A DNA stretch of 62,370 bases, filler included, from a bacterium (GCA_024275095.1; 5 parts of 5 records of this genome joined end to end with filler, not necessarily neighbours in it), one strand, 5' to 3'; positions 22,029 through 32,952 are shown, counted from the first letter of the whole stretch. Notes: generated from the sequence alone by a model not told the origin. Program-made: numbers and translations.

Positions 22029-23968
22029 AGGACGACATCCGGGACTCAAAACAATATACCCCTGTATCTACAATAACCATCCTGCTGCTGGCAGTAGGGA
22101 TTTCTTGTACATTCGTTACAGGTGGATGTACAAAGAAAACCGGGGAAAGTGTAAACACTCCATCCGCCCCACATTCACTCACCGCAAAATTTCAAAAAAA
22201 TCACGTTCTTATCCAGTGGGAAGCACCAGTGGAAGAAATAGTAGACTACTACGGAATATACAGGCGCCTGAGCAATGCGGAAGAATATTCCTTCCTTTTA
22301 TCCGTTACAGAAACAACCTATTCAGATTTCCACATCCAGCCAGGTAGTACATACTGGTATGTGGTCACTGCATTCAAAAATGGACGCGAAAGCCCTTTTT
22401 CCAACGAGGTCAGTATTACAATACCGAACAGGTGCCTGCCCGGCGAAGAGGTATGCGATGGACTGGACAACGATTGCGATGGAGATATTGATGAACTGCC
22501 TGTTTGTACAGGGATCTGTGATTCAAGAGACGCTTTGTTTATCTATAAATTCTCGCCTCCTGAAGGAGAATTCACTGTTGCATCAAGAATAAATTTTTCT
22601 GCGGATGTGTTCTATAACGTTGCGAGTACCACATCCACCACCCTGGGCCTTTACCTCGACGATGCTTCAGGCCTTTCATTTCCCCCTGCCTCAACTCACG
22701 TACTCGCCCTTACAACGGCATCCGGTTGCAACAGCGTGCACTTCCAATCTTCCCTTACCATCCCACCTGCAAAGGCGCTTATCCTCTCTGTACGAATGAC
22801 AACACCTGAAGGCAACTTCATAAAAAGGTTCTTTTATTCCCCATCAGGGGAATTTTTGAAACCCATCACCGTAGTGCCCGAACCACGAACGAAATTCACA
22901 GGAGCAATGACATTTTCCGCTCATGTAACCGCCTATTACAGGTCAAGCATTACGTCTCAGCCCGTGATCTGGTTGGAAGCACTGGACGACGAAGGGAACT
23001 ATTACGACGAGTTTGTACAGGGATATACCGAAGGTTATACAGAGTTCAGCTTTACTATGCCTGTTGACTGTTTCACTGACGAGATCAACGTGTCCGTCTA
23101 TATGATGGACGTTTTTGGCACAGGGGCAATACTTGCAGGATGGGACGGAATTTATTTCTTCAAGACTCTTGACAGGTTTATCGTCAACACCGGATGGTTC
23201 CTCTTTGGAGTAGAAAATGCCACGCTCTCGAACCCCGAAGCTGACACTTTATCTTTAAACCGGGAATGTGATACCTCAGGAGATTTTACTATACAACCAT
23301 CAGCATCATGGATTGAAACAACCCCCGCATCAGGAAATACACCTTCAAGCATCAGTGTGTCCGTAAAACCATCTTATTTTATGTCCTTTGGGCTTTTTGA
23401 AAGCAAAATCGAAATATCCGGAAGCAATGTTTCTGCCGAAAACCTTACGGTGGTGGTGCTATCATATGCTTCAACCATTTTCACAGAAGACTTCGAAAAC
23501 AGTATCACGGGGTGGACGTATTCCGGCCTGTGGCATCTTGTTACCGACGGGGCGACAGCAGCACCTGCGTCTTCTATTTCACCCTCACACGCGTTCTGGT
23601 ATGGCCAGGAATCCACCGGGAACTACGATACAGGCCTTACCAGTACAGGTGGGCTCACGTCACCTGTATTCAGCATCCCTGCAGGTTTGGAAAGGGTGTA
23701 CCTGATGTTTTACTCGTGGGAAGAAACCGAAAATTTCCCTGGTTACGACGTAAGACAGGTTTACATAGGACCACCTGCAAATCCATTTGAAACTCTTATA
23801 TTTGATTCTGAAGCCTCGCCTTCCTCCTGGCGAAGGTTGTTGATAACCATACCACCTTCATACATAGGAACAAGTGTTGTCCTTACTTTCTACTTTGACA
23901 CAGGAGACGAATTCGATAATGCCTACCGCGGCTGGATGATTGACGATATTATGGTTGTGGGATACTGA
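22019..23968 (+). CDS. Lipoprotein: Fn3 + CDGLDNDCDG metal-binding motif + BACON-like + C-terminal beta-sandwich
   Basis: YWYVVTA..ESPFSNEV Fn3, EEVCDGLDNDCDGDIDE, SASWIETTPASG BACON-like, FTEDFE...GWMIDDI. Confidence 0.75.
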   Translation: MRVKDDIRDSKQYTPVSTITILLLAVGISCTFVTGGCTKKTGESVNTPSAPHSLTAKFQKNHVLIQWEAPVEEIVDYYGIYRRLSNAEEYSFLLSVTETTYSDFHIQPGSTYWYVVTAFKNGRESPFSNEVSITIPNRCLPGEEVCDGLDNDCDGDIDELPVCTGICDSRDALFIYKFSPPEGEFTVASRINFSADVFYNVASTTSTTLGLYLDDASGLSFPPASTHVLALTTASGCNSVHFQSSLTIPPAKALILSVRMTTPEGNFIKRFFYSPSGEFLKPITVVPEPRTKFTGAMTFSAHVTAYYRSSITSQPVIWLEALDDEGNYYDEFVQGYTEGYTEFSFTMPVDCFTDEINVSVYMMDVFGTGAILAGWDGIYFFKTLDRFIVNTGWFLFGVENATLSNPEADTLSLNRECDTSGDFTIQPSASWIETTPASGNTPSSISVSVKPSYFMSFGLFESKIEISGSNVSAENLTVVVLSYASTIFTEDFENSITGWTYSGLWHLVTDGATAAPASSISPSHAFWYGQESTGNYDTGLTSTGGLTSPVFSIPAGLERVYLMFYSWEETENFPGYDVRQVYIGPPANPFETLIFDSEASPSSWRRLLITIPPSYIGTSVVLTFYFDTGDEFDNAYRGWMIDDIMVVGY

Positions 23969-23969
23969 G

Positions 23970-24366
23970 ATGCAGGGTGTTGCTTTACTCTTTGTTATGT
24001 TATCTTTCCCAGTGGGTATTACTTTTCAGCACAGTCATGAAATCAAAAATCTGGACGCTTCATTAGCCCGAAGTCTTGAAAAAGGAAAAATCGTCAAATT
24101 TACATCGGTAGAAGAAGGCAAGGATGGTAGGCACTATGGCTGGGGCACCAGCCTGGGGTTGATCAATGCACCTTTTGAACGACTCAAAGACATTATTCTC
24201 GACTTCGAAAAATTCCCAAACTTTCTACCAAACTTGGTAGAGCTTAAAGTTTTGTCACGTAGGGGCAATAAAGCAAAAGCCTATCATAAAGTAAAGGCTT
24301 TATGGCTGGAGATGAAATACTATCTCATATACACCATTAACGAAACTCCAGAATCAGTCACAATCA
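23970..24366 (+). CDS. SRPBCC/polyketide cyclase-like (START fold) protein, truncated by contig end
   Basis: INAPFERLKDIILDFEKFPNFLPNL motif; N-terminal hydrophobic signal. Confidence 0.75.
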
Positions 24367-24466
24367 NNNNNNNNNNNNNNNNNNNNNNNNNNNNNNNNNN
24401 NNNNNNNNNNTTAATTAATTAANNNNNNNNNNNNNNNNNNNNNNNNNNNNNNNNNNNNNNNNNNNN
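24367..24466. other. Artificial contig linker
   Basis: 44 N + TTAATTAATTAA (stops in all frames) + 44 N. Confidence 0.99.
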
Positions 24467-24542
24467 AGGTAATGTATCCTTTCTCTTTTCCAAGCGAGAC
24501 GATTTTGTCCCATTCTTCTTCAAAGAACTTTCGTCTGCTCAT
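24467..24542 (-). CDS. rpoD: RNA polymerase sigma factor RpoD, region 1.1 fragment (contig end)
   Basis: Manual translation MSRRKFFEEEWDKIVSLGKEKGYIT; directly after dnaG. Confidence 0.8.
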
Positions 24543-24565
24543 GAGCAACCCCTTTCATTAAATAT

Positions 24566-26290
24566 TTAATTTTCATTTATTTTTTTTATCCTGTCAAGTT
24601 GCTTCAGTCTGTTTATGAGGTCATTTTTTTTGCGGGAAAGGTCCTGGACCATTTTTAAATCCTTTGCATTTTTTAAGGCATTTTCAATTTTTTTTATATT
24701 TAATTTAATGATCATTTCTTTTTTAAAAAGTTCTATGTCCACGTCTTCAGGTGGTTCCCTTACTATTTGGCTGAGCCATTTCTTCTGAGATTCTGACTCC
24801 AGGTTTTCAATAAAAGATGCAACCTTTTTCCCGGGATACTCTTCCATTAACTTTTTTAATATTTGTTTTGTTTCGTGATGTTCGACCTGTTCTATTAGCT
24901 TTTCATGCGCAAGGGCTTCAAGAAATTCTTTATCCTCAAGAGCAGCGTGTATTATCACCTGTTCTTCAGACACCCCATGCTTTTCCGCCTGCGAGAGATG
25001 TGCTTTTTCCTGGGTCAGACTCCACGTTTCTTCGAAAATTTCTTTTGAGAGATTGAAAATCTGGGAAGCACGAGTCAGGTATTCTTCTCTTTCAACCGGG
25101 TCCCGAACAGCCTTTAACACACCAGCAACCCTTCTGACAGCCTCTTTCTTTGCAACAACACTTTCCTGTGCAGCTTCTGCCTCTTTTTCTATGTAGACTT
25201 CTACCAGAGGTCGTGAGCCCTCTACGAGTCTGTAAAGTTCTTCAGCCCCTTTCTCCCGCACGATGTCATCGGGATCACTGCCGGGTGGAAGTGGAATAAA
25301 GAAAGGGGTTATATCATTTCGAATAAACACATCAAGGCTTCTCAGTGCAGCCCTCACTCCTGATAGGTCTCCGTCGTACATAAGTCGTATGTCACGTGCG
25401 TGTTTTTTGAGAGTGCGCACGTGAAAGTCCGTGAGGGCAGTACCCAGTGTGGCCACGGTGTTTTTTACTCCTGCCTGGTAGAGAGAGATTACGTCCATGT
25501 AACCTTCAACAAGAATGACATAACCGGTGGACGCAATATGACCTGATGCCGTGTGAATTCCATAAAGCATGCTGCGTTTTCTGAAAATGGGGGTTTCTCC
25601 ACCGTTGAGATACTTGGGTTCAGACCCGTCTAAGCTCCGTCCTCCAAAACCCACGACTCTTCCCCTTTTTTCCATAATGGGAAAAATTAACCTGTTTCGG
25701 AAAAAATCTCTGGGCGGTGATGTGGATGTTCCGAGTCCCGCTTCTCTGATAAGGTCCTCACTGTATCCCATTTCGAGCAACCTGTTGGTAAGAAAGTTTC
25801 CTGTGGCCGGAGCGTACCCCAGGCGAAACGCACGAGCTGTATCAGGGGATACACCACGTTGTCTCAAATATTCCTGTGCGGGTGTCCCAGTAGACGACCA
25901 CAGGTTGTCTTCGTAAATATGACATGCTCTTTCACAGACTTCATAAAGCTGTGCCCTTTTTTCTATTTCTTCTCTGGAAATTCTCCTTTCGTATTGGGAA
26001 ATATCAACACCGGCCAGAGGAGCTAATTGCTCAAGGGCCTCGGTAAAATTGAGGTTTTCAATTTTCATGAGAAATGTAATGACAGTACCCCCCTGTGAAC
26101 ATCCGAAGCAGTAAAAGAGTCCTTTCTCTTCATTTACGGTAAATGAGGGGGTCTTTTCCTGATGAAACGGGCATAGTCCCACATAATTGCGTCCCACCTT
26201 TTTCAGCCTTACGTGCCTGGACACAATTTCGACAATACTTACCCGTGACACGATGTCGTCTATAATCTCGGGCGGAACACGCAGGCCCAA
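24566..26290 (-). CDS. dnaG: DNA primase
   Basis: CPFHQEKTPSF..YCFGC zinc finger, FRNRLIFPI, PKYLN, VEGYMD, YDGD, DPDD. Confidence 0.98.
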   Translation of the reverse strand: MGLRVPPEIIDDIVSRVSIVEIVSRHVRLKKVGRNYVGLCPFHQEKTPSFTVNEEKGLFYCFGCSQGGTVITFLMKIENLNFTEALEQLAPLAGVDISQYERRISREEIEKRAQLYEVCERACHIYEDNLWSSTGTPAQEYLRQRGVSPDTARAFRLGYAPATGNFLTNRLLEMGYSEDLIREAGLGTSTSPPRDFFRNRLIFPIMEKRGRVVGFGGRSLDGSEPKYLNGGETPIFRKRSMLYGIHTASGHIASTGYVILVEGYMDVISLYQAGVKNTVATLGTALTDFHVRTLKKHARDIRLMYDGDLSGVRAALRSLDVFIRNDITPFFIPLPPGSDPDDIVREKGAEELYRLVEGSRPLVEVYIEKEAEAAQESVVAKKEAVRRVAGVLKAVRDPVEREEYLTRASQIFNLSKEIFEETWSLTQEKAHLSQAEKHGVSEEQVIIHAALEDKEFLEALAHEKLIEQVEHHETKQILKKLMEEYPGKKVASFIENLESESQKKWLSQIVREPPEDVDIELFKKEMIIKLNIKKIENALKNAKDLKMVQDLSRKKNDLINRLKQLDRIKKINEN

Positions 26291-26309
26291 AAGCTGGACC
26301 CCCTTTCAA

Positions 26310-27260
26310 TCAATGTTGGAATCGCCTGAACCCCGAAACCTCGATAATTTCTAACTGATCCCCTGCAATTGAATCAAGCAGTAAATTCATGCCCAGATTA
26401 TCACTGGATATATGACCGGCAATTACGACGTTTATGTGATTTTTCTCCGCTTCTTTCTTGTGGTCTTCAGAAAGGTGCATACACACAAGGGTGTTAATGC
26501 CTGCATTCACAATGTTTTGAAAGATTTTTTTGCTCCCCTCCGTACCCCCGGTCATATCAACAAATATTTTACCTGCTTTCCTGTTTTTTGAGCCTATAAG
26601 CACCCTTGGTCCCACCTGGTCTTTTGCAGCACGTTGATATTCTGGTATTTCCAGTAGAATATCGACGATTTCTCCCACCGTTTCAGGTTTTTCTTTTTCA
26701 AGCAGATTCTGTAAATAACTGGCAACGTGATTATCACTGGGAGTGTGAAGACACATGAAAGGGATGTCCAGTATTTTTGCAATATCCACACTCCGCTGGT
26801 GATTAACGGGGAGAATACGGCGATCTATTTCGGAGGCTCTTTCATCCATGAGAGCTTCCGCTATGTTAATGGGCACTCCATATTTGTAAAGTATTCCAGC
26901 CTGCATGGGCATGACCGCGGCAAGACGCGCGTACGCAGAACCTTCTGGATGATGCGCAAGTACAAGGTCCACACGCTTGCCTTTTTCTCGCATCCTGTCT
27001 GCCAGCAGCAGCTCCGGCCCTTCCACATCAATTCCCACCATTATTGTTTTGATTTCTATATCTGGATTTCCGTGCAGAATTCTCGTATCACTGTAGGGAT
27101 TTGCAAGTCGCTCCGTGTCAAAATATTGTTTTTCTTTTTCTTGGAGTTTGTCGTACTCGTTTTTGGTCCGCTCCAATTCTTTTTTTACTTCTTCTTCTCC
27201 ACGTGGATCCTTTTTTATGCCTGCTTCCACAGCCTTTTTGTAAAATTCGCCCAACTTCAC
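26310..27260 (-). CDS. NIF3-like dinuclear metal-centre protein (NGG1p interacting factor family)
   Basis: AHHPEG, HTPSDN, DMTGGT, GHISSDNLG motifs. Confidence 0.8.
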   Translation of the reverse strand: MKLGEFYKKAVEAGIKKDPRGEEEVKKELERTKNEYDKLQEKEKQYFDTERLANPYSDTRILHGNPDIEIKTIMVGIDVEGPELLLADRMREKGKRVDLVLAHHPEGSAYARLAAVMPMQAGILYKYGVPINIAEALMDERASEIDRRILPVNHQRSVDIAKILDIPFMCLHTPSDNHVASYLQNLLEKEKPETVGEIVDILLEIPEYQRAAKDQVGPRVLIGSKNRKAGKIFVDMTGGTEGSKKIFQNIVNAGINTLVCMHLSEDHKKEAEKNHINVVIAGHISSDNLGMNLLLDSIAGDQLEIIEVSGFRRFQH

Positions 27261-27718
27261 TCTTTGCCCCCCAATTTTGCACGAACCATCTGGTTGACTG
27301 TTTTACCATCAGCTCGTCCCTGCACAATGGGCATTACGGCCTTCATGACCTTTCCCATATCCTTCATTGATGTTGCACCCTGTTCCTGGATAACCCTGTC
27401 CACGATCTCTTCCAATTCTTCTTTGCTCAACTCTGGAGGGAGAAAGGCTTTCAGTACTTCTATCTCCTGGAGTTCTTTCTGCACAAGATCATCCCTTCCA
27501 CCTTTTTGGAAGGCTTCTACAGATTCCTCTCGCTGGTTGATCAGTTTCCTGACAAGAGAGATGATTTCTCCATCATCCAGCACGTGTCCCTTCTCAATTT
27601 CTGCATTTTTTAAAGAGGCTTTGAGCATTCGCAAGGCACTGATGGCCACCTTATCGCGGTCTTTGGCTGCCTTCTTATAGGCATCTTCAATGCGGTGCTT
27701 GAGCTCCCCCTCGGTCAT
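27257..27718 (-). CDS. yqeY: GatB/YqeY domain protein
   Basis: QREES..F.KGGR.DL..KE, DMGKVM, GRADGK; follows rpsU. Confidence 0.93.
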   Translation of the reverse strand: MTEGELKHRIEDAYKKAAKDRDKVAISALRMLKASLKNAEIEKGHVLDDGEIISLVRKLINQREESVEAFQKGGRDDLVQKELQEIEVLKAFLPPELSKEELEEIVDRVIQEQGATSMKDMGKVMKAVMPIVQGRADGKTVNQMVRAKLGGKE

Positions 27719-27924
27719 TTTTTCTTGTTACGATTTTTCTTTTTTATTTTTCTCATAAGGCGTTTGCGCGCCTGCTTCATTTTTCTTTTCCTTACTTCAC
27801 TGGGTTTCTCATAGAATTCGCGACGCTTCATTTCTGAAAACAGTTTCTCCCGTTCACACATTTTGCGGAAACGCTTGAGAGCACTTTCAATTGATTCTCC
27901 TTCACGCACAACCACTTCTGCCAT
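27715..27924 (-). CDS. rpsU: 30S ribosomal protein S21
   Basis: ESIESALKRF...RREFYEKPS. Confidence 0.97.
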   Translation of the reverse strand: MAEVVVREGESIESALKRFRKMCEREKLFSEMKRREFYEKPSEVRKRKMKQARKRLMRKIKKKNRNKKK

Positions 27925-27975
27925 TACATCTCCCTCCTCATAAAAAAATACTCAACGGGAATATCAAAAAAACCT

Positions 27976-28392
27976 TCATTCACTACTTTCTCTGGGCGGG
28001 CCTCCTTTCTCAAGATTCACCGCTGTCTCTACCATCAGTCGGATTTTTTCTTTGGATTCCTTGGGGAGATTGATGACTTTTTCGAGAATACTCCATTCCG
28101 GGTCACCCTTGCGGATGAGCTTGCCCTTAAAGGGTACACCTGCCTCTTCTGAAGGGATGCCCCGGTCTGTTACATCTCCCCGGATAAGCCATTCAAGAGG
28201 AGCCCGGGCATAGTCAGCAATCATAATGAGTACATCCAGTGGTGGAAACACCAGCCCCTTTTCATACGCGCAGATGGAGTCCTGCGACTTACCGAAAAGA
28301 CTTCCAAACTGCGCCTGGGTCATTTTGCCCCGAATGAAGCGAATCCGCTGCCCGATGGCTTTTCGGAGCTCTGCTTTGTTGATTTTCTTCAT
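27976..28392 (-). CDS. XRE-family helix-turn-helix protein
   Basis: IGQRIRFIRGKMTQAQFG...ICAYEKG..P...LEWLIRG. Confidence 0.85.
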   Translation of the reverse strand: MKKINKAELRKAIGQRIRFIRGKMTQAQFGSLFGKSQDSICAYEKGLVFPPLDVLIMIADYARAPLEWLIRGDVTDRGIPSEEAGVPFKGKLIRKGDPEWSILEKVINLPKESKEKIRLMVETAVNLEKGGPPRESSE

Positions 28393-28425
28393 TGCACTAC
28401 CCCCCGCTCATGGTTTCTTTTATTA

Positions 28426-28848
28426 TCATTCTTCAATATTGAAATCGTCAAGTGGCAATTTTTTCAAAAACTTTTGGGTCTCGATTTCTTGAATGGATTT
28501 TTCTTCTTTTTCCAGTTTCTCTTTACAATCCACACATACACGCGCGAATGGCATTACTTCCAATCGCGCTTCGGGAATGGGATCGCCACATTCTTCGCAT
28601 ATTCCATATGTCCCTTCCTTTATACGTTTTAGAGCTTCTTCAATTTCTTGAAGTTTTTTTCTTTCACGATCACTCATGATGATTTCAAGCTCTTTTTCCC
28701 TTGAAGCAGCCATATCATCGTAAAGGTCGCCCACGTCTTTACCTTCTTCTACATTCTCGTATCGTGAATGTCTGGACAGCTCGCGTATTATTTCTTCCTT
28801 CATGCGGAGAAGCTCTTTCTCCATTCGTTTAAGCGTGGCCTTGCGCAT
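28426..28848 (-). CDS. dksA: DksA/TraR family C4 zinc-finger transcription factor
   Basis: EALKRIKEGTYGICEECGDPIPEARLEVMPFARVCVDC; start at MRKATL. Confidence 0.88.
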   Translation of the reverse strand: MRKATLKRMEKELLRMKEEIIRELSRHSRYENVEEGKDVGDLYDDMAASREKELEIIMSDRERKKLQEIEEALKRIKEGTYGICEECGDPIPEARLEVMPFARVCVDCKEKLEKEEKSIQEIETQKFLKKLPLDDFNIEE

Positions 28849-28976
28849 GCTCTCACCCCTCGGGTTAAAAATCTCGGTGTTTTTACAACAAAAATTCAGT
28901 ACTGTCAACTAATTAGCGGGGAAACCTTCATTGATTTCACTATTCGTGTTTTTTCATATTTTTCACTATTCATATA

Positions 28977-29001
28977 TTGACAATGCCTTTACTTGTGTCA
29001 A
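28977..29001. promoter_or_regulatory. Overlapping divergent promoter elements between dksA and guaB
   Basis: TTGACA at 28977 (+) and TTGACA on the - strand at 28996-29001 in an AT-rich intergenic region; -10 boxes weak. Confidence 0.35.
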
Positions 29002-29036
29002 AAATAAAACATCCTGACTTTACGGAGTGATAAATA

Positions 29037-30488
29037 ATGCGTGAAGCACTGACCTTCGACGATGTACTTCTCTTACCAGGAGAGTCTGACGTTGTTCCCC
29101 GAGATGTGGACCTTTCCACACGTCTTACCCATCGAATTGTACTGAAAATCCCCATACTGTCCGCTGCCATGGATACCGTTACCGAACACCGTACCGCGAT
29201 CGTAATGGCTCAGGAAGGAGGGCTTGGTATTATTCACAGGAACATGTCGATAGAAAAAGAAGCCCAGGAGGTGAGAAGGGTAAAAAAACACGAAAGTGGA
29301 ATTATCACCTCCCCCATTACACTTACGCCGGAACAGTCCCTGGCAGAGGCTCTTGAGACCATGCACAGGCATAACATCTCCGGCATCCCCATTGTGGAGA
29401 ATTCGCGTCTTGTAGGATTGCTCACCATTCGTGACCTGAGATTTGAAAAGAACCTGAACCGTAAAATTGCTGAGGTAATGATCCCTCGTAGCCGCCTGAT
29501 CGTTGCACATGAGGGAATTACGCTGGATGAATCAAAAGAGATACTCCACAAGCATAAGATAGAGAAATTACCTGTGGTTGATGAAAAGGATAACCTCATA
29601 GGGCTGATTACCTTAAAGGACCTGGAGAAGTCTCAACGTTTTCCAAATGCCTGCAAAGACGAAAACGGCCGACTCCGCGTGGGAGCATCCGTGGGTGTGG
29701 GTATGAAAGAAATAGAGAGGGTAGAAGCTGTTGTAGAGGCAGGTGCCGACGTGGTGGTGGTGGACACGGCCCACGGTCATGCCCGTGCGGTCATCAACAC
29801 TATAAAAGAAATAAAAAAACTTTTTCCAGACGTGGAGGTGATCGGTGGAAACGTTGCCACAGCAGAGGGGGCTGAAGCCCTCATCGAAGCCGGTGCTGAT
29901 GCTGTAAAGGTGGGTGTGGGACCGGGGTCAATATGCACAACAAGGGTAATCGCCGGTGTTGGTGTGCCTCAACTTACTGCCATCATGGATTGTGCAAAAG
30001 TCGCTCGTGACAGAAGAGTGCCGATTGTTGCTGACGGCGGCATCAAGTATTCTGGAGACATTACCAAGGCCCTCGCTGCCGGTGCCGATTGCGTGATGCT
30101 GGGGAACCTGCTGGCAGGTACAGATGAGTCTCCCGGAGAAATTGTTATTTATCAGGGTCGTAGTTACAAGGTTTACAGAGGAATGGGCTCTCTCGAGGCT
30201 TTACGTGAAGGCTCGAGAGATCGGTACTTTCAGGAAGCAACAGCAGAACCTGAAAAACTTGTTCCAGAGGGAATCGTCGGTCGTGTGCCGTACAAAGGAC
30301 CTCTCTCCAGTGTGCTTTTCCAGCTCACGGGGGGGCTCAAGGCAGGTATGGGATACGTGGGCGCTAAGAATCTGGAAGAGCTACGGCGCAGAGCCAGGTT
30401 TATTCGTATCAGCACGTTATCATTGCGTGAGAGCCACGTTCACGACGTGGAAATTATGAAAGAAGCTCCTAACTACAGACTGGAATAA
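29037..30488 (+). CDS. guaB: IMP dehydrogenase
   Basis: [18 protein letters not shown] pair, [19 protein letters not shown]. Confidence 0.99.
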   Translation: MREALTFDDVLLLPGESDVVPRDVDLSTRLTHRIVLKIPILSAAMDTVTEHRTAIVMAQEGGLGIIHRNMSIEKEAQEVRRVKKHESGIITSPITLTPEQSLAEALETMHRHNISGIPIVENSRLVGLLTIRDLRFEKNLNRKIAEVMIPRSRLIVAHEGITLDESKEILHKHKIEKLPVVDEKDNLIGLITLKDLEKSQRFPNACKDENGRLRVGASVGVGMKEIERVEAVVEAGADVVVVDTAHGHARAVINTIKEIKKLFPDVEVIGGNVATAEGAEALIEAGADAVKVGVGPGSICTTRVIAGVGVPQLTAIMDCAKVARDRRVPIVADGGIKYSGDITKALAAGADCVMLGNLLAGTDESPGEIVIYQGRSYKVYRGMGSLEALREGSRDRYFQEATAEPEKLVPEGIVGRVPYKGPLSSVLFQLTGGLKAGMGYVGAKNLEELRRRARFIRISTLSLRESHVHDVEIMKEAPNYRLE

Positions 30489-30494
30489 GAAAAA

Positions 30495-32108
30495 GTGTCC
30501 AGGCAAAACAGAATTCTTATTCTTGATTTTGGTTCCCAGTATACCCAGCTCATTGCACGCCGGGTGAGAGAACAAAAAGTATATTCGGAGATCTGGCCGT
30601 ATAATGCTTCGCTGGATGCAATAAAGGAATTCGGCCCATCGGGCATCATTCTGTCTGGTGGACCGGAAAGTGTTTACGCTGAAGGTGCGCCCCGTGTTTC
30701 CCCGCAACTGTTTGAATTGAATGTGCCTGTACTGGGAATATGCTATGGGCTTCAGCTTGTTGTTTACACGCTGGGGGGAGAAGTGGCACCGGCAGAGCGT
30801 TCCGAATATGGGTTCGCAATGGTATACGTCGAAGATACTTCCGATATTTTTAAGGGCGCGGGTCGTATTGTGCGTGCAGATGTTATGAGGCAGATTGGAG
30901 GTCCTGACGGATTCAAGCAGTCACGTGTGCTCACGCGCCAGTTCAGGGCCTGGATGAGTCATGCGGATGAGGTAAAAAAACTACCGCCAGGCTTCGAATC
31001 CATTGCCCACACTGAAAACACCGATTTCGCCGCCATTCGAAACGTTCAGAAACGTATATGGGCTGTACAGTTTCATCCTGAGGTCAAACATACCGATGAT
31101 GGCGAACTCATTATCAGGAATTTTGTATTTGATATATGCGGGTGTGAGCCCACCTGGGATCTGGGTGAGTTCCTTGCAGAGAAGGAAGAGGAAATAAAGA
31201 GGAAAGTGCAGGACGGCAGGGCCATCTGTGCCCTTTCGGGAGGGGTGGACTCTTCTGTGGCTGCTGTTCTTGCCCACAGGGCCATTGGAGATCAGCTTAT
31301 ATGTGTCTTCGTGGACCACGGTTTGTTGCGTTACGGTGAAAGGGATGTGATAGAACAATTCTTTATAAACCGTGAAGGTATGAGGGTGGAAATTGTTGAG
31401 GCGGAAGGGCGTTTCCTTGAAAAGCTGAAAGGTATCGTTGACCCCGAAAAGAAACGGAAGATCATAGGTGAAACATTTATCAGGGTATTTGAAGAGGTTG
31501 CCTCGAAATATCCTGATGTCCGTTTTCTTGTGCAAGGGACCACATATCCTGATGTCATTGAGAGTGTATCCGTGAAAGGTCCTGCTGCAACCATCAAGTC
31601 ACACCACAATGTTGGTGGTCTCCCAGAAGATATGAAGTTCGAACTTATCGAGCCCCTCAGAGAGCTGTTCAAGGATGAGGTGAGGGAGGTTGGGAGGCTC
31701 CTCGGATTACCGGACGAGATCGTTCACAAGCACCCGTTTCCCGGTCCCGGACTTGCTGTTCGCATACTCGGGGAGGTGACTCCCGAAAGGGTGGAATTGC
31801 TGCGCGCTGCTGACCGTATTGTAGACGAAGAGGTCAAACGTGCTGGAATTTATCGGGACATCTGGCAGGCTTTCGCGGTGCTGTTACCTGTGAAGAGTGT
31901 GGGCGTAATGGGCGATCGCAGAACTTACCAGCACGTGGTGTGTATCCGTGCAGTGGAATCAGTTGACGGCATGACAGCCGACTGGGTGAAAATTCCCTAC
32001 GAAGTGCTCCAGCGTATCTCCACGCGTATAGTCAACGAAGTAAAGGGGATTAACCGCGTCGTTTACGATATCACCACAAAACCCCCCTCCACTATTGAAT
32101 GGGAATAG
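30495..32108 (+). CDS. guaA: GMP synthase (glutamine-hydrolysing)
   Basis: [50 protein letters not shown]. Confidence 0.99.
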   Translation: MSRQNRILILDFGSQYTQLIARRVREQKVYSEIWPYNASLDAIKEFGPSGIILSGGPESVYAEGAPRVSPQLFELNVPVLGICYGLQLVVYTLGGEVAPAERSEYGFAMVYVEDTSDIFKGAGRIVRADVMRQIGGPDGFKQSRVLTRQFRAWMSHADEVKKLPPGFESIAHTENTDFAAIRNVQKRIWAVQFHPEVKHTDDGELIIRNFVFDICGCEPTWDLGEFLAEKEEEIKRKVQDGRAICALSGGVDSSVAAVLAHRAIGDQLICVFVDHGLLRYGERDVIEQFFINREGMRVEIVEAEGRFLEKLKGIVDPEKKRKIIGETFIRVFEEVASKYPDVRFLVQGTTYPDVIESVSVKGPAATIKSHHNVGGLPEDMKFELIEPLRELFKDEVREVGRLLGLPDEIVHKHPFPGPGLAVRILGEVTPERVELLRAADRIVDEEVKRAGIYRDIWQAFAVLLPVKSVGVMGDRRTYQHVVCIRAVESVDGMTADWVKIPYEVLQRISTRIVNEVKGINRVVYDITTKPPSTIEWE

Positions 32109-32523
32109 GACGCTTTGCAGGGACAAGCTGTATCTTTATTGTCGTTGTGTTTTTGTCTGTTTGTCGTCGTGGTTGAGATCGGAAAGTTAATAGATAAAAC
32201 ACAGCTGTATCATTTATAAATAAATCGTATTTCACATTTGCCATTTTGATTTCGTCTTTTACAGGTATAAAATTGCAGGAAATTTAAAATCGAATAAATA
32301 AAAATATCGTTGACATTCTGAAGGAATTTTCAGGCCCATCTTCTCCAGTTAATTCACCAAGGTTAACGTAGCGTCTGGCCAAGTAATTGAAAAATAGAGG
32401 GTCAGGTTTTTGTGTCTCAAGATTTGCGGTGCCAACTTTAATTTATTTTTTGTTTAACAATCAGCTGGTTGAGAACAGGAGGGAGGGGAAGAAGACGAAG
32501 CAGGGGGTGATATCGACGTTGGG

Positions 32524-32623
32524 NNNNNNNNNNNNNNNNNNNNNNNNNNNNNNNNNNNNNNNNNNNNTTAATTAATTAANNNNNNNNNNNNNNNNNNNNN
32601 NNNNNNNNNNNNNNNNNNNNNNN
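32524..32623. other. Artificial contig linker
   Basis: N-run with TTAATTAATTAA. Confidence 0.99.
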
Positions 32624-32952
32624 ATACCTTCAAGATACTTCCGCGTATCTTTAAATACAACGAGAGGAAGTTTCTTCGTGTTTTTCAACGCGATGATAAT
32701 GGTTTGTCCCACATTAATGACCTTGTCAACAACACCCGTAATTTTTACTGTTCGCCCGTTCAACTTCTCTGCGTCCAGCGGTTCCCCGGCTTTTATGCTG
32801 ATGGGTACAAGCTGGCCCCTTTCAGCGGTGACAACCTTAAAGATTTTCACAGGAGACGTGCGGGTATTCAGTGAGACTGCGAAGATCACTATAATGAGTA
32901 GCACTGCTGCTCCTGCCAGCGATAGAAACGTGTAGATAAGGTATTTTTTCAT
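32624..32952 (-). CDS. Membrane-anchored protein, possible OB-fold, truncated by contig end
   Basis: N-terminal TM; GRTVKITGVVDKV strand pattern; ATGA overlap with the PLD gene. Confidence 0.55.

Noticed and set aside
24411-24422. TTAATTAATTAA repeated four times in the window
   Set aside because: Artificial contig spacer inside N runs; genes across linkers are not neighbours.
26727-27680. 317-aa + strand ORF and similar long antisense ORFs (41389-42141, 49231-49845)
   Set aside because: Fully overlap well-supported genes on the opposite strand and have no recognisable motifs.
32106-32108. Complete genome-wide TAG reassignment
   Set aside because: guaA ends at its conserved TIEWE followed by TAG and the 11717 SDR ends at VDGGLTIL followed by TAG, so TAG still terminates genes; only partial or conditional readthrough remains possible.
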